A stretch of DNA of 64,000 bases from Parasitella parasitica NRRL 2501. Lineage: Eukaryota > Fungi > Mucoromycota. The notes under the pieces were generated by a model. The model had not been told where the DNA came from and did no database searches. It saw only the letters and a list, made by a program, of their open reading frames with translations. This document shows, in pieces, positions 37,919 to 52,100 of this stretch. Position 1 is the first letter of the stretch; each line of letters opens with the position of its first letter. The position numbers were made by a program, and so were the translations under genes. The DNA is taken from contig MU619237.1 of the NCBI GenBank assembly GCA_025201805.1, positions 124,001 to 188,000 of the forward strand, read 5' to 3'.

Positions 37919-38133
37919 ATTTCAATTGTGTTGTGGAACAGGAAGAAAAGGAAAAAGGGAAAAACATGAATCCCTTGAAATTGACCATCTTGAAAAGGCG
38001 CTGCAGAAGGGTCTCATGCGAAATTACCCGCCAATCATAGTTTTAGATATGACAGGAATGCAACATCAAAAGCCAACATTCTTTGAGCAATAAATTGCCT
38101 ACTTTTCCTCTCCCTCTCTTTCTCTTACACACC

Positions 38134-41100
38134 ATGTTAAGTGACACAAGCTTGATAAATACAATCATACTGGTAAGTAGCCTATAGTCCAATTGACCCG
38201 TCTCCCAGCATTGAATCTTGTTATGTAGAGTGGCATCTCAAATATAAGATATAAGTGTTATGTCAAATCATATCCCAAGTCATCTTTACTGTCGTTCCTC
38301 ACATGCGAGGGATTTCAAGCCAGGCCGTCCTACATTGCTTCTCCAGAATCACAAAACTTGATTATTCATGCTTATCGACACTTGATTGCAATGAATGTAC
38401 CAGCGACTTGGCACGTTTCATCGAATCAAAATGTCGATAAAGACACAATATCGTTGGAGCTGTGGCTATTCTGGTTTGATAACAAGCATACAAGCCTTAT
38501 TGCGAATGATTCGCTACTGAAAGAGCTACAAGGCGAGTTGCATGTTAGCATGATCTACTGCATCTAGAAGGCTAACAATGTCCATATTCAATAGAAACAA
38601 AAGCTGGCTCGTTCAGCTGGAATCAGATTGCCTCAAGAAATGGGCTATCTCCAACTTCATCACCTCAGTTGAGCAGCGCAAAATCAGACAGCATAACGCT
38701 TGTCCCAGGCACAGAATACAAGCTATTTATCAAATCTATTCGAAACCTGATCCAACATGCCATGGTACGCAAGAGAAATGCCTTTGTTCTGGGCGAGTTC
38801 TTTGTATTCCCCAAGACCTATCAAGACGATGGCAATGTCATGAAGGACGAGATGGCCAATCACGGCTTCAAAGACAATTGCTCGTCTGTAAGAAATAGCA
38901 TGCTTGCTTGTATGTACAATGTCTACTTTACAACATCCAGCCTTGTTTTTCAACCCAACACAAGAAGGATGAGACTTCGGCCCTTATCTAGCTCTGATTT
39001 CTATGCAAAAAATCTAAAAGGTCAGTGCAGCTGTGTATCCTAGGAAAATTGCGCCATGTCAAGAACTAAAGTATTAAAGTCAAAAGATAGTTTTATTATG
39101 TCCTACAGGAGAACATGCTCGCATTCTTTCGTTCCATAGCTTACCAGCAGCTGCCCACGCCAAAGTTTTAAATCAATGGGCCGAATTTTACGACATGCCA
39201 GTCTCGCTATTAATGCAAAGCAAGGACTATATACCGTCTCTCGTCACTATTCGCACTGCATCGCAAGATACCATTGTTTATCCTTCAACACTGGTTTTTG
39301 TACCAACAGACACAAAACAATCCCCCGCTGCTGTGGCTGGTATGAATGGCATTATGGGTTTGAATCCGGGATTAACTGAAGATTTGGGTGAGAAAGCATC
39401 TCGGGTGGCGTATTATGAGCAGCTAAGACAAATCACGCAGGAAAAAGACGTCGCTATTGATTACTGGTCGTACAAGGATCCCGTTATCCAGGTCGGCGAT
39501 TCAGTTATTCATGCCCTGTCAACAATAGATGCAAAGTATCAGCAAGACCAAATGCTACTACATCGAGCGTTGATAGAGCCTGTTGTTGGAAGCCCACTCA
39601 TGAATGCCAAAAGCGTTGTGCCCGCTAATTATGATTCCCCCTTGCTTTCGTCAGGCTTGCGTCGCAAACCGGACACATCTTCCAAATACAATCAAAACGA
39701 TTGCAACATGCAACTCACTGAGTACGTAAAATCTCAATTCGATACCGAAACAACGGACGATCCAGACGTGTTGGGCAATAATTTGCTACTTCAAAACACG
39801 TCGGCTGTTTTGGACAGCAAGGATAGTCTTGATATTGGCGGTGGGTCTCATTTATCTGCCTTATTGAACAGACATCTCATTATTGATTCTACAGATAGCT
39901 TGTCTGGCGAGAATCTGGAGCAGCCAAAACCAGAGCAACAGCAACAGCAACAGCTGCAACCGCAAACTATGATGCCAGAGATGGTCGCAAAAGATGAGCA
40001 CCCTCCATTGGAAGATTTCAACTTGATATACGACATGGGAGGCACAACGACTTCTTTGCCTAGAGCTGATGCGTGGGATACAGACGCTGGGTTTGGTGAT
40101 TTAGATTTAGACGTTACTGATGCTGATTTCGATTTTTTCGAGACACCAGTGGCGCGCGTAGATCCAGTTGTATCCGAGCCCAACGTCCTCAATATTATCC
40201 CAATGGACATTGATCCTCCTAATATGAATGACATGAAGCCTCAGCTGCAGCAAGAGCCAGCAGATCAGGACACGCTGATGGTCGACGTTCAAGTGTCAGA
40301 ATCCAAACCCACGCCCAGCAACAACGATAGTCTCTTTACTCCGTTTGTAATTAGCAACGACAGCACCGAAAATGTGAGCTCTGTCGCTACAATGGAAGAA
40401 ACATCCTACGCACTAACACCGCAGATAGCAAGTGCATCTGTTTTGCAAAAGAGAGCACCTTATCAAAAGTCTACACCAGAGCCTTATACATTTGTTCCTC
40501 GAGACTTTCTGCCAGTGTCTATGAAAGCAAGTGTCAATGATGCGAAATATGGCGCTGGAGGAAAATTCATGTATAGCCCTTCAAAGGATCAGTCCCACAC
40601 GGAAAACAATGACCTTTCCGTGCCGCAAAAGAAGGAAAGCTACTATAGCCCTGATTATGTACCAGTAATGCCAAAGAAAAAACGTGGTAAAGCCACACAT
40701 CTAAAACTGAAGGTGACAAAGGACAATGACAGCCTGAAACATGGAAGCAGAGATAGCAGCAATGACGGAAAAACCGGCAATAGTAGTATCAGTAGCAACA
40801 GCAACAGCAGTAGCAGTAGCAGTAGCAACAGTAGCGACAGTAGCGACAGTAGCGACAGTAGCGACAGTAGTGGAAGTGAAAGTTTGTCAGTGGATGACGA
40901 CGGTACAAGTGATAGCAGTGATAGCGGAAGGTCAGAAAACGATGACAGGGTTGAGAAGCGCCTTCGAGCACTCAAAAAGTTCCAAAGGAGCATTGTTCAC
41001 AGCCAACTAAAAGCTACGCCTGCACCTCTACCGACAGACCGACTTCAATATTTAGACTATGATACTCCGTTTGCGCCTGTTATTGCTTATGGAGCAATCA

Positions 41101-43470
41101 AACCCATTAAATGGAGACACAGCAAGGCCATGGAAGAGTCTCTCGAGTATTTATGCCAGCAAGTTGTATTAGGAGGGTATCCTTTTACATGTGGATTAGC
41201 AGAAGCATCTCAGAATGGCGGTGAGATTGAAGGGGAGCCGGCAAAGGTGATGGTTGCTCGACGGAATAACCTCATGCAAATGACTCGCGGGGTTGTTACA
41301 CATGTTCCGTCGCTTCAGTCTGATGTGTTTGATATGGTAAATGAGTTTAAGAATATGTTGCAAGAAACTTTCGGGAGTGACGCCGATAGTATGCAGATAC
41401 TGGAAACCACGCCAGAGACCCTTGACCCTGTATCTTACTCTTGTGGCCCATTATTAGGCAAAATTGACATTAAAGGGCCATTGAATATACAAGAGTATTA
41501 CGATCTTAACGGTAGAGTATAGCATACACATGCGTACATATTCTTCATCTTTTATTCAAACATACGCTGTAGAATCGCACAATCAAGGCCATTCAAAATA
41601 TGGGAAATACCAGATCAAAAAAAAACGGCCAGATGAGCCAAATCTAGACATAATCAAGCAGCCTGACATAGTGGTGTCCAGACATGACGATTACCTTGAA
41701 GGATCACCGAAAATGCTGCCATTCTGGGAAAAGTTGGGATTGGAGCCTTATTCTTGCAAAAAGCAGATCAGGTATCTCGTTGTCTACCCAGATTGTATCG
41801 ACATTGCAATTTCAGCTCAGAGCTTTTTCAAGAGCCTCAGTGATGTTTTTGAAGCATGCAATTTGGGAAGACATGAGCCCGGGTATTCTGGGGCCTACAT
41901 CAATGGACTAGTACCCGTGCCGATGTCGGGTAAGTTACGGCACTCATATCTGACCAAATGTGACATCAGTTGATATTATCGTAGATTTGGATAGTAGCGA
42001 GAGTAGTGTTCGACGCAGATTAAAGAGCTATGAAGACACCTGTGAGACTCTGGGTCGCCATCTTGCTTTGGCTGATGAGCACCAGAAACAGCAACACTAC
42101 ACTGTAATTTATATTGTGAATTTGGGCCCTCACATGTCGTCCTACCTTGATATGTGTCGCTGCTTTTACAAATTGAAAGAAGCATACCAGACAATCTTAC
42201 ACAAGAATTTCATGGAAGAGCAACCAAAAATTGCCCTTCAGCTGTTGCCAATTGACCATCTACTACGATCATCTGCGTTTGGTGGATATACACTGCTGGG
42301 AATGAAGGACATTGCCTTCTCTGTCTACAGCAAATGCTTTACTAGAGTGACCAGGAAGGTTAGCAAACAATCCAGCAGGTCCTCAAACTTTATATCTTAT
42401 GTAGTATACGTAGATCACCAGAGCAGATCAAGAATCGTGGACAGACTTGTATTCGCCTGCATACGTCCTAAAAAATCCTGTACGAAGAACCATCAAGTTC
42501 AAGCTAAATGATCTTCGACCATATCCTACGATAATGGAGCAAAATGCCGTGCTCCACATGGCTTATTGTTTTAGCTATGATCGTGCGTGGATGTCAGTTG
42601 TTTGGGTAGATGATCGAGGAGAGTTACTTGAATATGAGCGATTCGGACGCAAGGCAGCATACAAAGAAGCTTGGGATCGAACATTAGAGATAACAAAACG
42701 AACAGGATTTTCATGGACAATAGTCATTGCGAAGCTTGGGCTCATGTTCAACGACGAGTTTGTGTATTGGCTTCGTCATGTTTCTCTAGTCACTGAGCAC
42801 CATGTAGCAATCATTGCTATTGACCTGGAATCAGGGCTTAATCTCCACTTTAACGCATGCTATCCTAACAGTCGAGATACAAAAGAGCAACAGAGAACAC
42901 AACAGCCATCTTTCTTGGACGCCCACGGTAAAATCCGTATGGGAGCAGGCAGCATGGGCTATACAGCAAAGCAAGGTAAACCTGATCAGCCAAACAAACC
43001 ATCGGCAGAAGTAAATGAGACGCAAATATTGCTCTTAAATCATCGCGTCAGTTACTCTCAGAAACGAGAGCGAGCTTATAAAGGCATACTCAGGATAGAA
43101 GCCGTTACAGAAAAGGAGAATTGGATGATTCCATTGGCAACAGGCTACCTGATAAATCATTCCCTCCCAAACAAGAATGTAAATCCTGGTATGGAGCAAT
43201 TCAATAATGAAGCATTTGTTGCAGAGGTATGTCAATGTTTGAGCATTTGGAGAGCACTTTATAAGATTTCTTTTTCGGGCGTAGATTCATTTGCTGCACA
43301 ATCATACGGACATATCCGCTTATAGTGCATTGCAACATATCATCAAAAGACTATACGCACTGTCATTTATTAACCCAATGCCATCAAGTCATACTTGTAT
43401 TCCGTATCACATCATACTGGCTGAAAGACTGAGCCGACTGCTCCTGGTTGTGGATGACTCGATAAAATAA
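38134..43470 (+). CDS. MED13: Mediator CDK8-module subunit Med13 (Srb9/Ssn2), multi-exon
   Basis: N-terminal MLSDTSLINT...ELWLFWF; long IDR with DVTDADFDFF; LPFWEKLGLEPYSCKKQIRYLVV; CNLGRHEP; LHMAYCFSYDRAW..VWVDDRGELLE; WTIVIAKLG; C-terminal CIPYH. Stop TAA at 43468-43470. Confidence 0.92.
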
Positions 43471-43653
43471 GGATAATAAAGATGTTTATTCTCTGTAAGA
43501 AATTATTGTCCAACCAAGTCGAAACGACAGGATGCATCACTAACAAAAGCCTATGACTGGGAGGAATCGCAAAAACTTCTTTTTCTTTCCTTTTCCTTTT
43601 TTTTTTTTTTTTTTTCTTTCTCTTCCCCTCCTATTAAGTTACGCATAATTTTG

Positions 43654-45501
43654 ATGACGAGTGTGCCTGCAAAAGGTAAACCCACAAGTGAGGAGTATAC
43701 GTATACACACATATCCACCACGGCTTTATTCTCTTAGAAATCCCTATCCTGGAAAACCTTATAACAATCAGACACAAGCTGTCTGCTCTGAAAAAGGACA
43801 GAGAGACATTTCCAGACACTAACTTGATAATCTCACTCTACAAAGAAATAGAGGCACAAGTGGATTTGTTGAATGAGACCCGAACAGGCGACATTTGGAA
43901 TACTGCATCTCGCAACAGACTTAATGATGTACTCGATGACATTATGGCATTATTGTCATTGTTCTTTATGAGCATCGGAAGAAACAGAGAGAGTAGGTTG
44001 ATGCATTACGAGAGCGACTCTCGATCCTAAGAATTTCTGTGAAATGTAGGCCCTGCTGTTTATGTGCAACTAGTCACTGTAGAAGTAAGTTATCTGTGAG
44101 TAGTCCTAGTCCTTTGTTTATTCATGCAAGCTTGGCGGGAATAATAGAGGTATCTGGATCAATTATCACACATGGGAACCTACACAGACACCATCCTCCT
44201 GGAAAACCAAGAACGACTTGAAGACATTGAGAACATTCTTTATTCTGACTCCAGTGATTCATGCTTTGTAAAAGTATTGAAATATAAATTGGACAAGTGC
44301 AGTGAGTTGCCATTGCAGTTGTGAACAGTAGCGAATGACTTATTCATCTTAATCACTAGAAACTTCACTATCAATATTGCTAGCCAACACACAAGACGTC
44401 TCTGAATCACTGTAAGTGTATATTCAATGACACGTACAATTCAAAGATATCCACTTTGCTCAACACCATATGTATCGTAGGAAGCATTTGCACGAAGAAC
44501 TGATCAACTTGCGTCGAAAAATGGCACTTTTAGCTCAAAAGCCAACGGGGTATACAGCGGCTGAAGTGAACGAGATACAAGAAAAGGTTTTTTTTTTTAA
44601 ATTGGAATCGAGGTCGCATTTGGCAATGTCTAACACAAAGAGTAGCTTCGTGAATTAGACAATTCGAAGCATCAGTTATTTCAATCAAATCTAAAAGGAA
44701 AGGCGTTAATTGAAGGCCTATTGGAGCAGTTGCATGAGGAAACACAAGATTTAAAGGCTTCCACAAACAGCGTATCCGAATCATTAGCGCCTATAGTAGA
44801 TAGACTGAAACAAATCAAATCTCAGTTGGAACGTTTAGCATTGACACATAAATGGACCTTGAGGGAGACTGATTTATACACCTACCACGTAATTTACTGA
44901 CCATACTATTACACCATCAAACACTATACGCACTCACTAAATGGTTTGTTTTATATAGTTGCAACTTCAGGAAGTTGAAAAACTTCGAATGGACGGTAAA
45001 TTCAAGGACCCTGAGTCAGATACTATTCCTGAAGGCCAGGCTGTCATTAACTTCTTGTTGCGTGGATGTTATCGTATCATGGCAAAAATGCTGAGCGAAA
45101 ATGTGCCTGTAGCTGAAGCATTAATGCCTGTGCACAATCAATTGAGCACAGTACGACGATGTCTTGTCGAAGTGACAAAATGGGGAAAGCCGGATTCAGG
45201 TAACTACAAGAACTATGCATATGTTGATTTTTTTTTTTTTTTTTTTCATTAACGGCCTCCGTTTAGTTCGAGATCTTTACCCGTGAGTTATGAGTCAGCT
45301 GGTCATTGGATAGTAGATACTGACATATCACCACTGTTTTATAGATATCAAATGAAGCTGGCTAGTATTGATAATATGAGAGTCAATGGTACTTTTTGTG
45401 ATGAGGAAGGAAATATACCAGAAGGTCAGGCTATTTGCGTTGCATTGCTCAATGAGTGCTATGACATCCTACATGAGCTAATTGCGCTTGCTGATACTTG
45501 A
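43654..45501 (+). CDS. DUF2408 / UPF0662 (yeast Cub1/YPL260W-like) protein, many short exons
   Basis: VPAKEIPILENLITIRHKLSALKKDR; LLSLFFMSIGRNRE; LERLALTHKWTLRETDLYTY; RMDGKF...PEGQ; YQMKLASIDNMRVNGTF...PEGQAI..ALLNECYDI. Confidence 0.85.
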
Positions 45502-45720
45502 AGAACGTAAAAGATAAAAGTAACCAAATGTATGTTTGATAATGTTGTATATAAATATAATGACTCTGTTGCTATGGCGCAGAATAAAATTACACTGAAG
45601 GTTTACTGTTGGATTTCTCGAAAGCCGACATCACTGAATCAGTTTAAATTGCTAAACACATCTTGCAAAGCTTTGTTATATCTTTCTTTCTTTCTTGTTT
45701 AAATTAGTTTTTCATTATTC

Positions 45721-46209
45721 ATGCCTATTGTCAGCCAAATTAAGCAAAAAATTAGGCAGACTATCTGCTGTGTTCCATCAGAGGTAGATCAAAATGAAGG
45801 TCCTCCTCCTGTTTCCATATCAGTGCCACAGCAACAGCAAGAAAGCAATGTTCAAGCCCTCCAAACTACTGCTATTACAAGTATTGACCCTCTTTCTGAG
45901 GCAAATGACGAAGAAGAGCAACAAGAGGAAGATTGGGGTGAAGAAGGGCCCGGGATTAGCTCATACGATAGCCAAGCGTTTGTGGCTGATGAAGATGATG
46001 TTTACAGTTCTAACAAGAGCCCATCCAAGGGGTATGATGAGGTCCAGGATGCGTTCGAAAAATTCACACAAGATTACTGTCCGCAAAGAAAACTGGAATT
46101 TGAGGATGCAAACTTGATCTGGAGCAATGATGCGTACAAGCGTCCAATTCAAGAATGGAATGCTGATCAAGAAACCAGCAACACTTCACAAGTTCAAGAA
46201 GCAAGATGA
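45721..46209 (+). CDS. Hypothetical acidic 162-aa protein
   Basis: ATG-initiated single-exon ORF with coding-like composition; basic N-terminus followed by ICC; acidic middle region. Confidence 0.7.
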   Translation: MPIVSQIKQKIRQTICCVPSEVDQNEGPPPVSISVPQQQQESNVQALQTTAITSIDPLSEANDEEEQQEEDWGEEGPGISSYDSQAFVADEDDVYSSNKSPSKGYDEVQDAFEKFTQDYCPQRKLEFEDANLIWSNDAYKRPIQEWNADQETSNTSQVQEAR

Positions 46210-47089
46210 CCTCTTCTCATTCTCCCAAATTAATTTCTAATAGCATCACAATCAAATAAATATAATGATTTTGCAATTTTACAAGCACTATCAAAAGCAA
46301 AACTATCAAGAGAAGATGCATATACTGCAACCTCATCATACTTGTTTTCACGTCTGTTTATCACTTTTTTCAGATGTTCAGAGTGGTAAATTTGTACTAT
46401 GAAATTGATTAAATATCTTTACCACTTTCATTACGTAGCATTTTATATAACGTTTCGCTCACTGCTGACACAACAAAGAAGCACCCCCTAAAGTAAAATG
46501 GAAGGGCACATTATTATAAAGGTATTTTAAGCTATAGTCTGTAGTATGAGAAAATAACTTGCTATTTATAAACATTGGATAGTTGGATATCAGTTCTTCT
46601 AAGTAATTAATTAAGCATTGACCAGGAAATTAAGGGCCAACTTTTATATGCCACAACTGATATAGTTTAATTGTAGGTATAGAGTGAGCGTGTCAATCAA
46701 CAGTAGTCATCATTGAATAGCAGTGGTGTTGCTGAAAAATACTGATTTATCAGAATGAGAAATTATTCAAATAAAACGGTCGTGAATGAATCAGGTAAAG
46801 ATTTCGTTTATTACATGGAAAATATGATGATTTATATACTAGTAGTAGTCAATCTAAGTGTGGACTGATGGGAGGATAAGGTGTAAGTGTGAGACATGAT
46901 GTGATTTTAGAGAATGTGACAATAAATTATATCTATTGTTTATGTCATGTTGAGCTATAAATATGGAACATGGTCCATTAGGATATGTCCCTGGATTGTG
47001 TTCAGCACTGATGAGTTTACTCGAGTTTGACTTTTCTGGTTGGGAAAGTAGCATATCCGTAATCTTAATAATCAGCGTTAAGATGCAGT

Positions 47090-47660
47090 TTTTATGTGAT
47101 TTTTGGTAATAACTCTATAGATATCAATAAAATATGCATGCGAATGTGTTTGCAAGATAGCACCAAATCAACGCTAAATTTTTCAAGTTAGATCGCAGTT
47201 CTACTGTCATTTTAGCAGAAGTTATAACCAAATATCTGATATTTATGATAAATTATGAAAAATAAAACTGCTTTTGCACATAACTTTTGATAAACTCATC
47301 GCCCAGTGGAAACCAAGTGATGCTCAGATAGCGATGATTATGCCTGTTTTGATTGCGCATAAGAAAGTGTTTATTTTGCTGTTTATCGAAGCCTATCATC
47401 GATTATATGCAATTCTGATATATAAATATGTGATATTTTCTGATAATTTTGTAGATATCAATAAAAACATGGATGCAAATGCTGATGCCAGATAGTGCCA
47501 AGTCAGCACTAAATTTTCCAACTGAGATCGCGGTTCTGCAGTCATTTTAACAGAAGTTATGAGCAAATACCTGTTATTATTATGATAGATTATGAAAGAT
47601 AAAACTGTTTTTGGAGATAAGTTTTAAAGAAATCATCGCCTAGTAGAATTCAAGCGCTTT
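47090..47660 (+). repeat. Tandem repeat, about 1.7 units of the ~337-bp family (same as 20685-21360)
   Basis: GCCCAGTGGA at 47301 and variant GCCTAGTAGA at 47638; shares GTCATTTTAGCAGAA, AAATATCTGATATTTATGATA and GTGTTTATTTTGCTGT with the first locus. Confidence 0.9.
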
Positions 47661-49199
47661 GATATTGCGATATTGTCCACCAAGAACATCTGTTTACTTG
47701 AAACTGTTTGGACTTACTCAGCAAACTATTTGCACGTTTGGATCTCTTTCATATGGTACATTCTGGGCAGCAATATTCTGGAACTTTACATGAAATCACT
47801 GCTATTGGCGTATCACTCTCTGAATAGACATGCCACCATTATGCTAAATGATGTTACAGAGAGATAGTAATACTAAATTATGTAGTTGTTTATGAAATAT
47901 GATTCACGGCTTTTGGACTTGGTTCATATCGATTATAGGGACATCATTGTATCAAACTAGCTTATTTATTACATCAAAAAGCACTGTATTTGCTTAATAC
48001 GTTGGATACAGATGTCAGACAATTACAAAAGTGACTCAGTTGTCATTGTGGCCGTTCCTGATCGGATCAAAGGTTAAATGTCACTATTCTACCATATAGT
48101 AAGCAAAAGTAACCATGAAATGTCTTGTACCGTAAAAGAAAAACCATCTATTCAGGTTCTATTTATTCTAGATTACAAAGTTAAACTTATCGATGATGAA
48201 TGGTTCACATTCATACCAGTTGGCTACTGATTAAATAAAAATAGGTCATGCCCTAACTAACACCATCTTATAATCTTATTCAAACATGATCTGATTGTAT
48301 TCATAGATTGTAGATTTATTTTATAATAGACAGCTTCTTATCGTTCACTTAGTTATCAGTTTTGTATCTGGCTGATTAACAGCGATTATTGCTTCTTCTC
48401 ATTTTATCATATACGATCATCTGCTGTGTCGCTTTGACTGGATAACCTTTAGTACCATTTTTATGAGTTCCTGACTCCCCGGGGTATTTTGTTAGTTCGT
48501 AAAGACGTCCTTTATAGAATCCCAAAAGTTCAATAACCACCATTAGAGCTTTTTCCAGTTGCTGATTCCAGTAAGGTTTTTGATGGTCTATACAGGCCGT
48601 CTCTTTGATGTTCTTTGAATATGAAAATGAGTGAAGCAATCTAAAGCACGCTCTAATGCTTTCCACTCTCAGAAAGTTTCAATATATTTATATACAATAC
48701 ACATAGGCCGGGATATTTCAGGCCAATCTAACCGGCTTGCAAAATTGGCTTGCCAGGATACATTCAAGATTTGTTGTCTATCGTGGAAACTGTCATTATG
48801 ATAGCTTGTGCAACAATTTTAAATGGTTTGCATACGTGGCTAGCATCGACATCACGTGAGAGCTGCCAGGCTTCTATATATAAATCAATGAAATTGAGAG
48901 AAAACCAGTGTTTTTTCTCCCAACATTCATACAATTTTTTCTCGCTTAAAACCACCCTTCTTTTTCAATTTGAGAAAAGGAGACATTTGAATCTGATTAG
49001 AAGAACATTATAGAAGGAAAGTGCGGTCGTGTTTATTTACTGGCTGCCTTTATTTCTCCCTCTGTTTTTGTTTTTGTGTATAACTGGTTAGCAAAAGAAA
49101 GCAGACAAAGCAGAAAACTCAAATATCAAAAAAAGACGTACGGTTGTATAACGTCTTGAAAACCCCCAACGAAACCAAAAAAGAAAAGGCTTTGATAAG

Positions 49200-52100
49200 A
49201 TGTCTTCTGATGAAGAGGATTCAGATTGCCCTTTGTGCATGGAGGAATTGGATATTGCTGACCGCAACTTCAGACCTTGCCCTTGTGGATATCAGGTTTG
49301 TCCTTGGTTTCACGTATCACTTTTGCAGTAACTCACTGCTGCTGTCTTTTGCTTTGTTTAGATTTGTCGTTTCTGCTGGCACCACATTAAAACCAACTTG
49401 AATGGACGTTGCCCAGCTTGTCGAAGACTGTATAGCGATCAGATAGTTGAGTTTGTTCCTGTTAGCGCGGAGGAGATTATGCGTCTCAAGAAAGAAAAGA
49501 AGGAAAAGGACCGCCAAACACGAGATATGCGAGACCCTAGCCGAAGACAGCTTTCGAATGTTAGAGTAGTTCAAAAGAATCTTGTGTATGTGCTTGGTCT
49601 AGGCTCAAAACACGCTAACATTGAGGTAAAAGATCTCGATTCTTTTTTTTTTTTTTTTTTTTTTTTTTTGAGATGTGGGCCATGTAACAAATATCTTTAT
49701 AATTAGAATGAGTTTTTCAAGAAATATGGTCGTATCGAAAAAGTTGTTATCAGCAAGCGTTCTGCCCCGTCAAGTGGCTCTAGTTCATCTGTGGGAATTT
49801 ATGTGACCTATGCTCGAAAAGAAGATGCTGGAAAAGCAATCGAAGGAATCAATGGCGTCGAAGTTGACGGTAAAACCGTAAGGTATAGTGGAATAACAGC
49901 GATACACTTCTTGGATTAACACGTATTTTTTCATTTTAGAGCCTCTTACGGAACGACGAAATACTGCACTTATTATTTGAGACACATGGCATGTCCAAAC
50001 CCTAATTGCATGTATCTCCATGAACCTGGTGATGATGTAGATAGTTATAGCAAAGATACGGTAACCATTGGGTAAGTTGATATAAGGGGAACCTCGTTAC
50101 ACGTGTATAAGCCGATATTAATGTGTATCGACTCTACAGAAAACATGCCAATACCGCTTCAACTTCAACCACCACTTCAGCATACCCCAATAAGCGACCT
50201 GCGATAGCTACCAAGTCAACAACTACAACTACAGCGCCAAACGCTCCTACCCTCTCCCCAGAGCCGAAGCCTGCCACCGCACCTCGTACGTGGGCTCCCA
50301 TCCCTAAAGTCGTGCCTATGCCACCTGTTGTTATTCCAAAAGAGGAGCCCAGCACTCCTCCTCCCCCGCCCTCTCCACCTTTTCAAGAGATCAAGGCATC
50401 TTCTTCTACCAAACATTTCAAACCAGCTACTAGCTCGTCTACTTCTACAGCAGCATCCAAGTCTGCTGCTGCTTCAAAGTGCAGTAAAGAGGTAGTTCCT
50501 AGTGAAAAGCGTAGCAAGAAGTTGATCGTGCCTTTGGTGCCTGAGGAAGATGAAAAGCCAGCGCTTCCAGCTACTGCGTCCTGGGCCAAGGCTCAGCCTG
50601 TCATAAATCATGATAGCGTTACGACGCCTGCTAATTTTGGGCCTTCCTTGTCGGATGCGTTCCATGCTCCTCAGAAACCTAAGCATTCACCTTCACTCAA
50701 GGTCAAGAAAGAGAAAAAGACTAAAGGTAAGATGGTTCGTTTGGAGGAATTCGAGGAGGCCGAGAGAGAGGCAAAAATGGCTGCAGTTAGACCCAAGGTC
50801 ATTCCTAAGCCAGAGGCTGTTCCTATGGCCCCTCCTACTGCGTCTAAACCTCAGTTACCTTTGCAAACTGAACCCACCTCTACGGATGTCAAGATGGCCG
50901 AAAAAAATGTTCAAGAAAGTAAGCCTGCTTCAAAAGAAAAGGAAACAGAAAAGAAGATGGCCTTTGATAATGGACAGGAAAAGGAATTGCAGGAAATGGA
51001 ACCAGAGACGAATTCTGAGGCTCCAGTTTTGAAAGAGATTATGCCTGAAATGACGGAAGTCAAGAGACCAAGTGCTGCTCAACACACCGACGAGAAGCCC
51101 CAATTGATGGAAGAGGATATTCCAATCGAACTGGACCAAACTCAAGCACAATCTGACGAAAATGATGATTTGGGTATCTCTGAACAAGATAGTTCTGAAT
51201 TCAAGCTCAAAACTGAGGTATGCGAAGACAGCGATGAAAAGATTGAGAATCTGGCTTCATTAAACGACGACGTTATCAAAGCATTTGATGATGCCGCCGC
51301 TGCCGCTGTTACGGATGAATCTTCTGAGAAGGTTGAATCTGATGAAACGCTTCAAGGGCAGCAAGATTCACAGACTGATTCAGAACAATTTGAAATTGAC
51401 GAGCAAAAGAAGGTCCAAAACATCTCATCATCTTTGGCAGCTATGGATAGATTATCAGCCTTGGTTCAGCAAGAGATCATGGTTGATTCGCTTGAACAAC
51501 CCTCGTTTGATCCAGCAGAGCAACCACAGCAACAGCAGCCTCATCAACAACAACCACATCCTGGTATAAGTACATTCGATTCAGGTTTGTCCGTGCAGCC
51601 CGATAATCGTCGCATGGCTCCACCTGGACTCAGTGGACCTCCTCCTCCTCCTCCTGATTGGATGAATCGAAGCTTTGATCCATTCAATGGCCAAGATCCT
51701 TCTCTCATTGCTGCTCGTCGTTTGCAACACTCTCAACGTATGCTGGAAGCAAGTGGTTTATTTGCTGGTGGTGGATTTGGCCACCCGCCGGTGGTTCCTC
51801 GTTTTGGATTTTCTCCTGATTTTAACCGTGGGCCTAGTGGGTTTATGCCCCATCAAGCTCCTCCTCCTCCTCCTATGGGTATGTTCCCACCGCCGCATCC
51901 TATGATGAGACATGTCCCTCCACCCGAAATGATGAATATGGCATCGCCTTTTGGACCTCCTCCTCCCCATCCTCAGATGCAGCAGCAACAACAGCAAATC
52001 CAACATATGGAAGAGCTACGGAACGAATTTAATGGGATGAGTATGAAGAATAATAATGAACACCGCCAACAATCGTTTGATGACCTTCGTACTCTTCTAC

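Noticed and set aside
48376-48666. KPYWNQQLE resembling the KPWW motif of non-LTR retrotransposon ORF2
   Set aside because: A single short motif with no reverse transcriptase or endonuclease motifs nearby.
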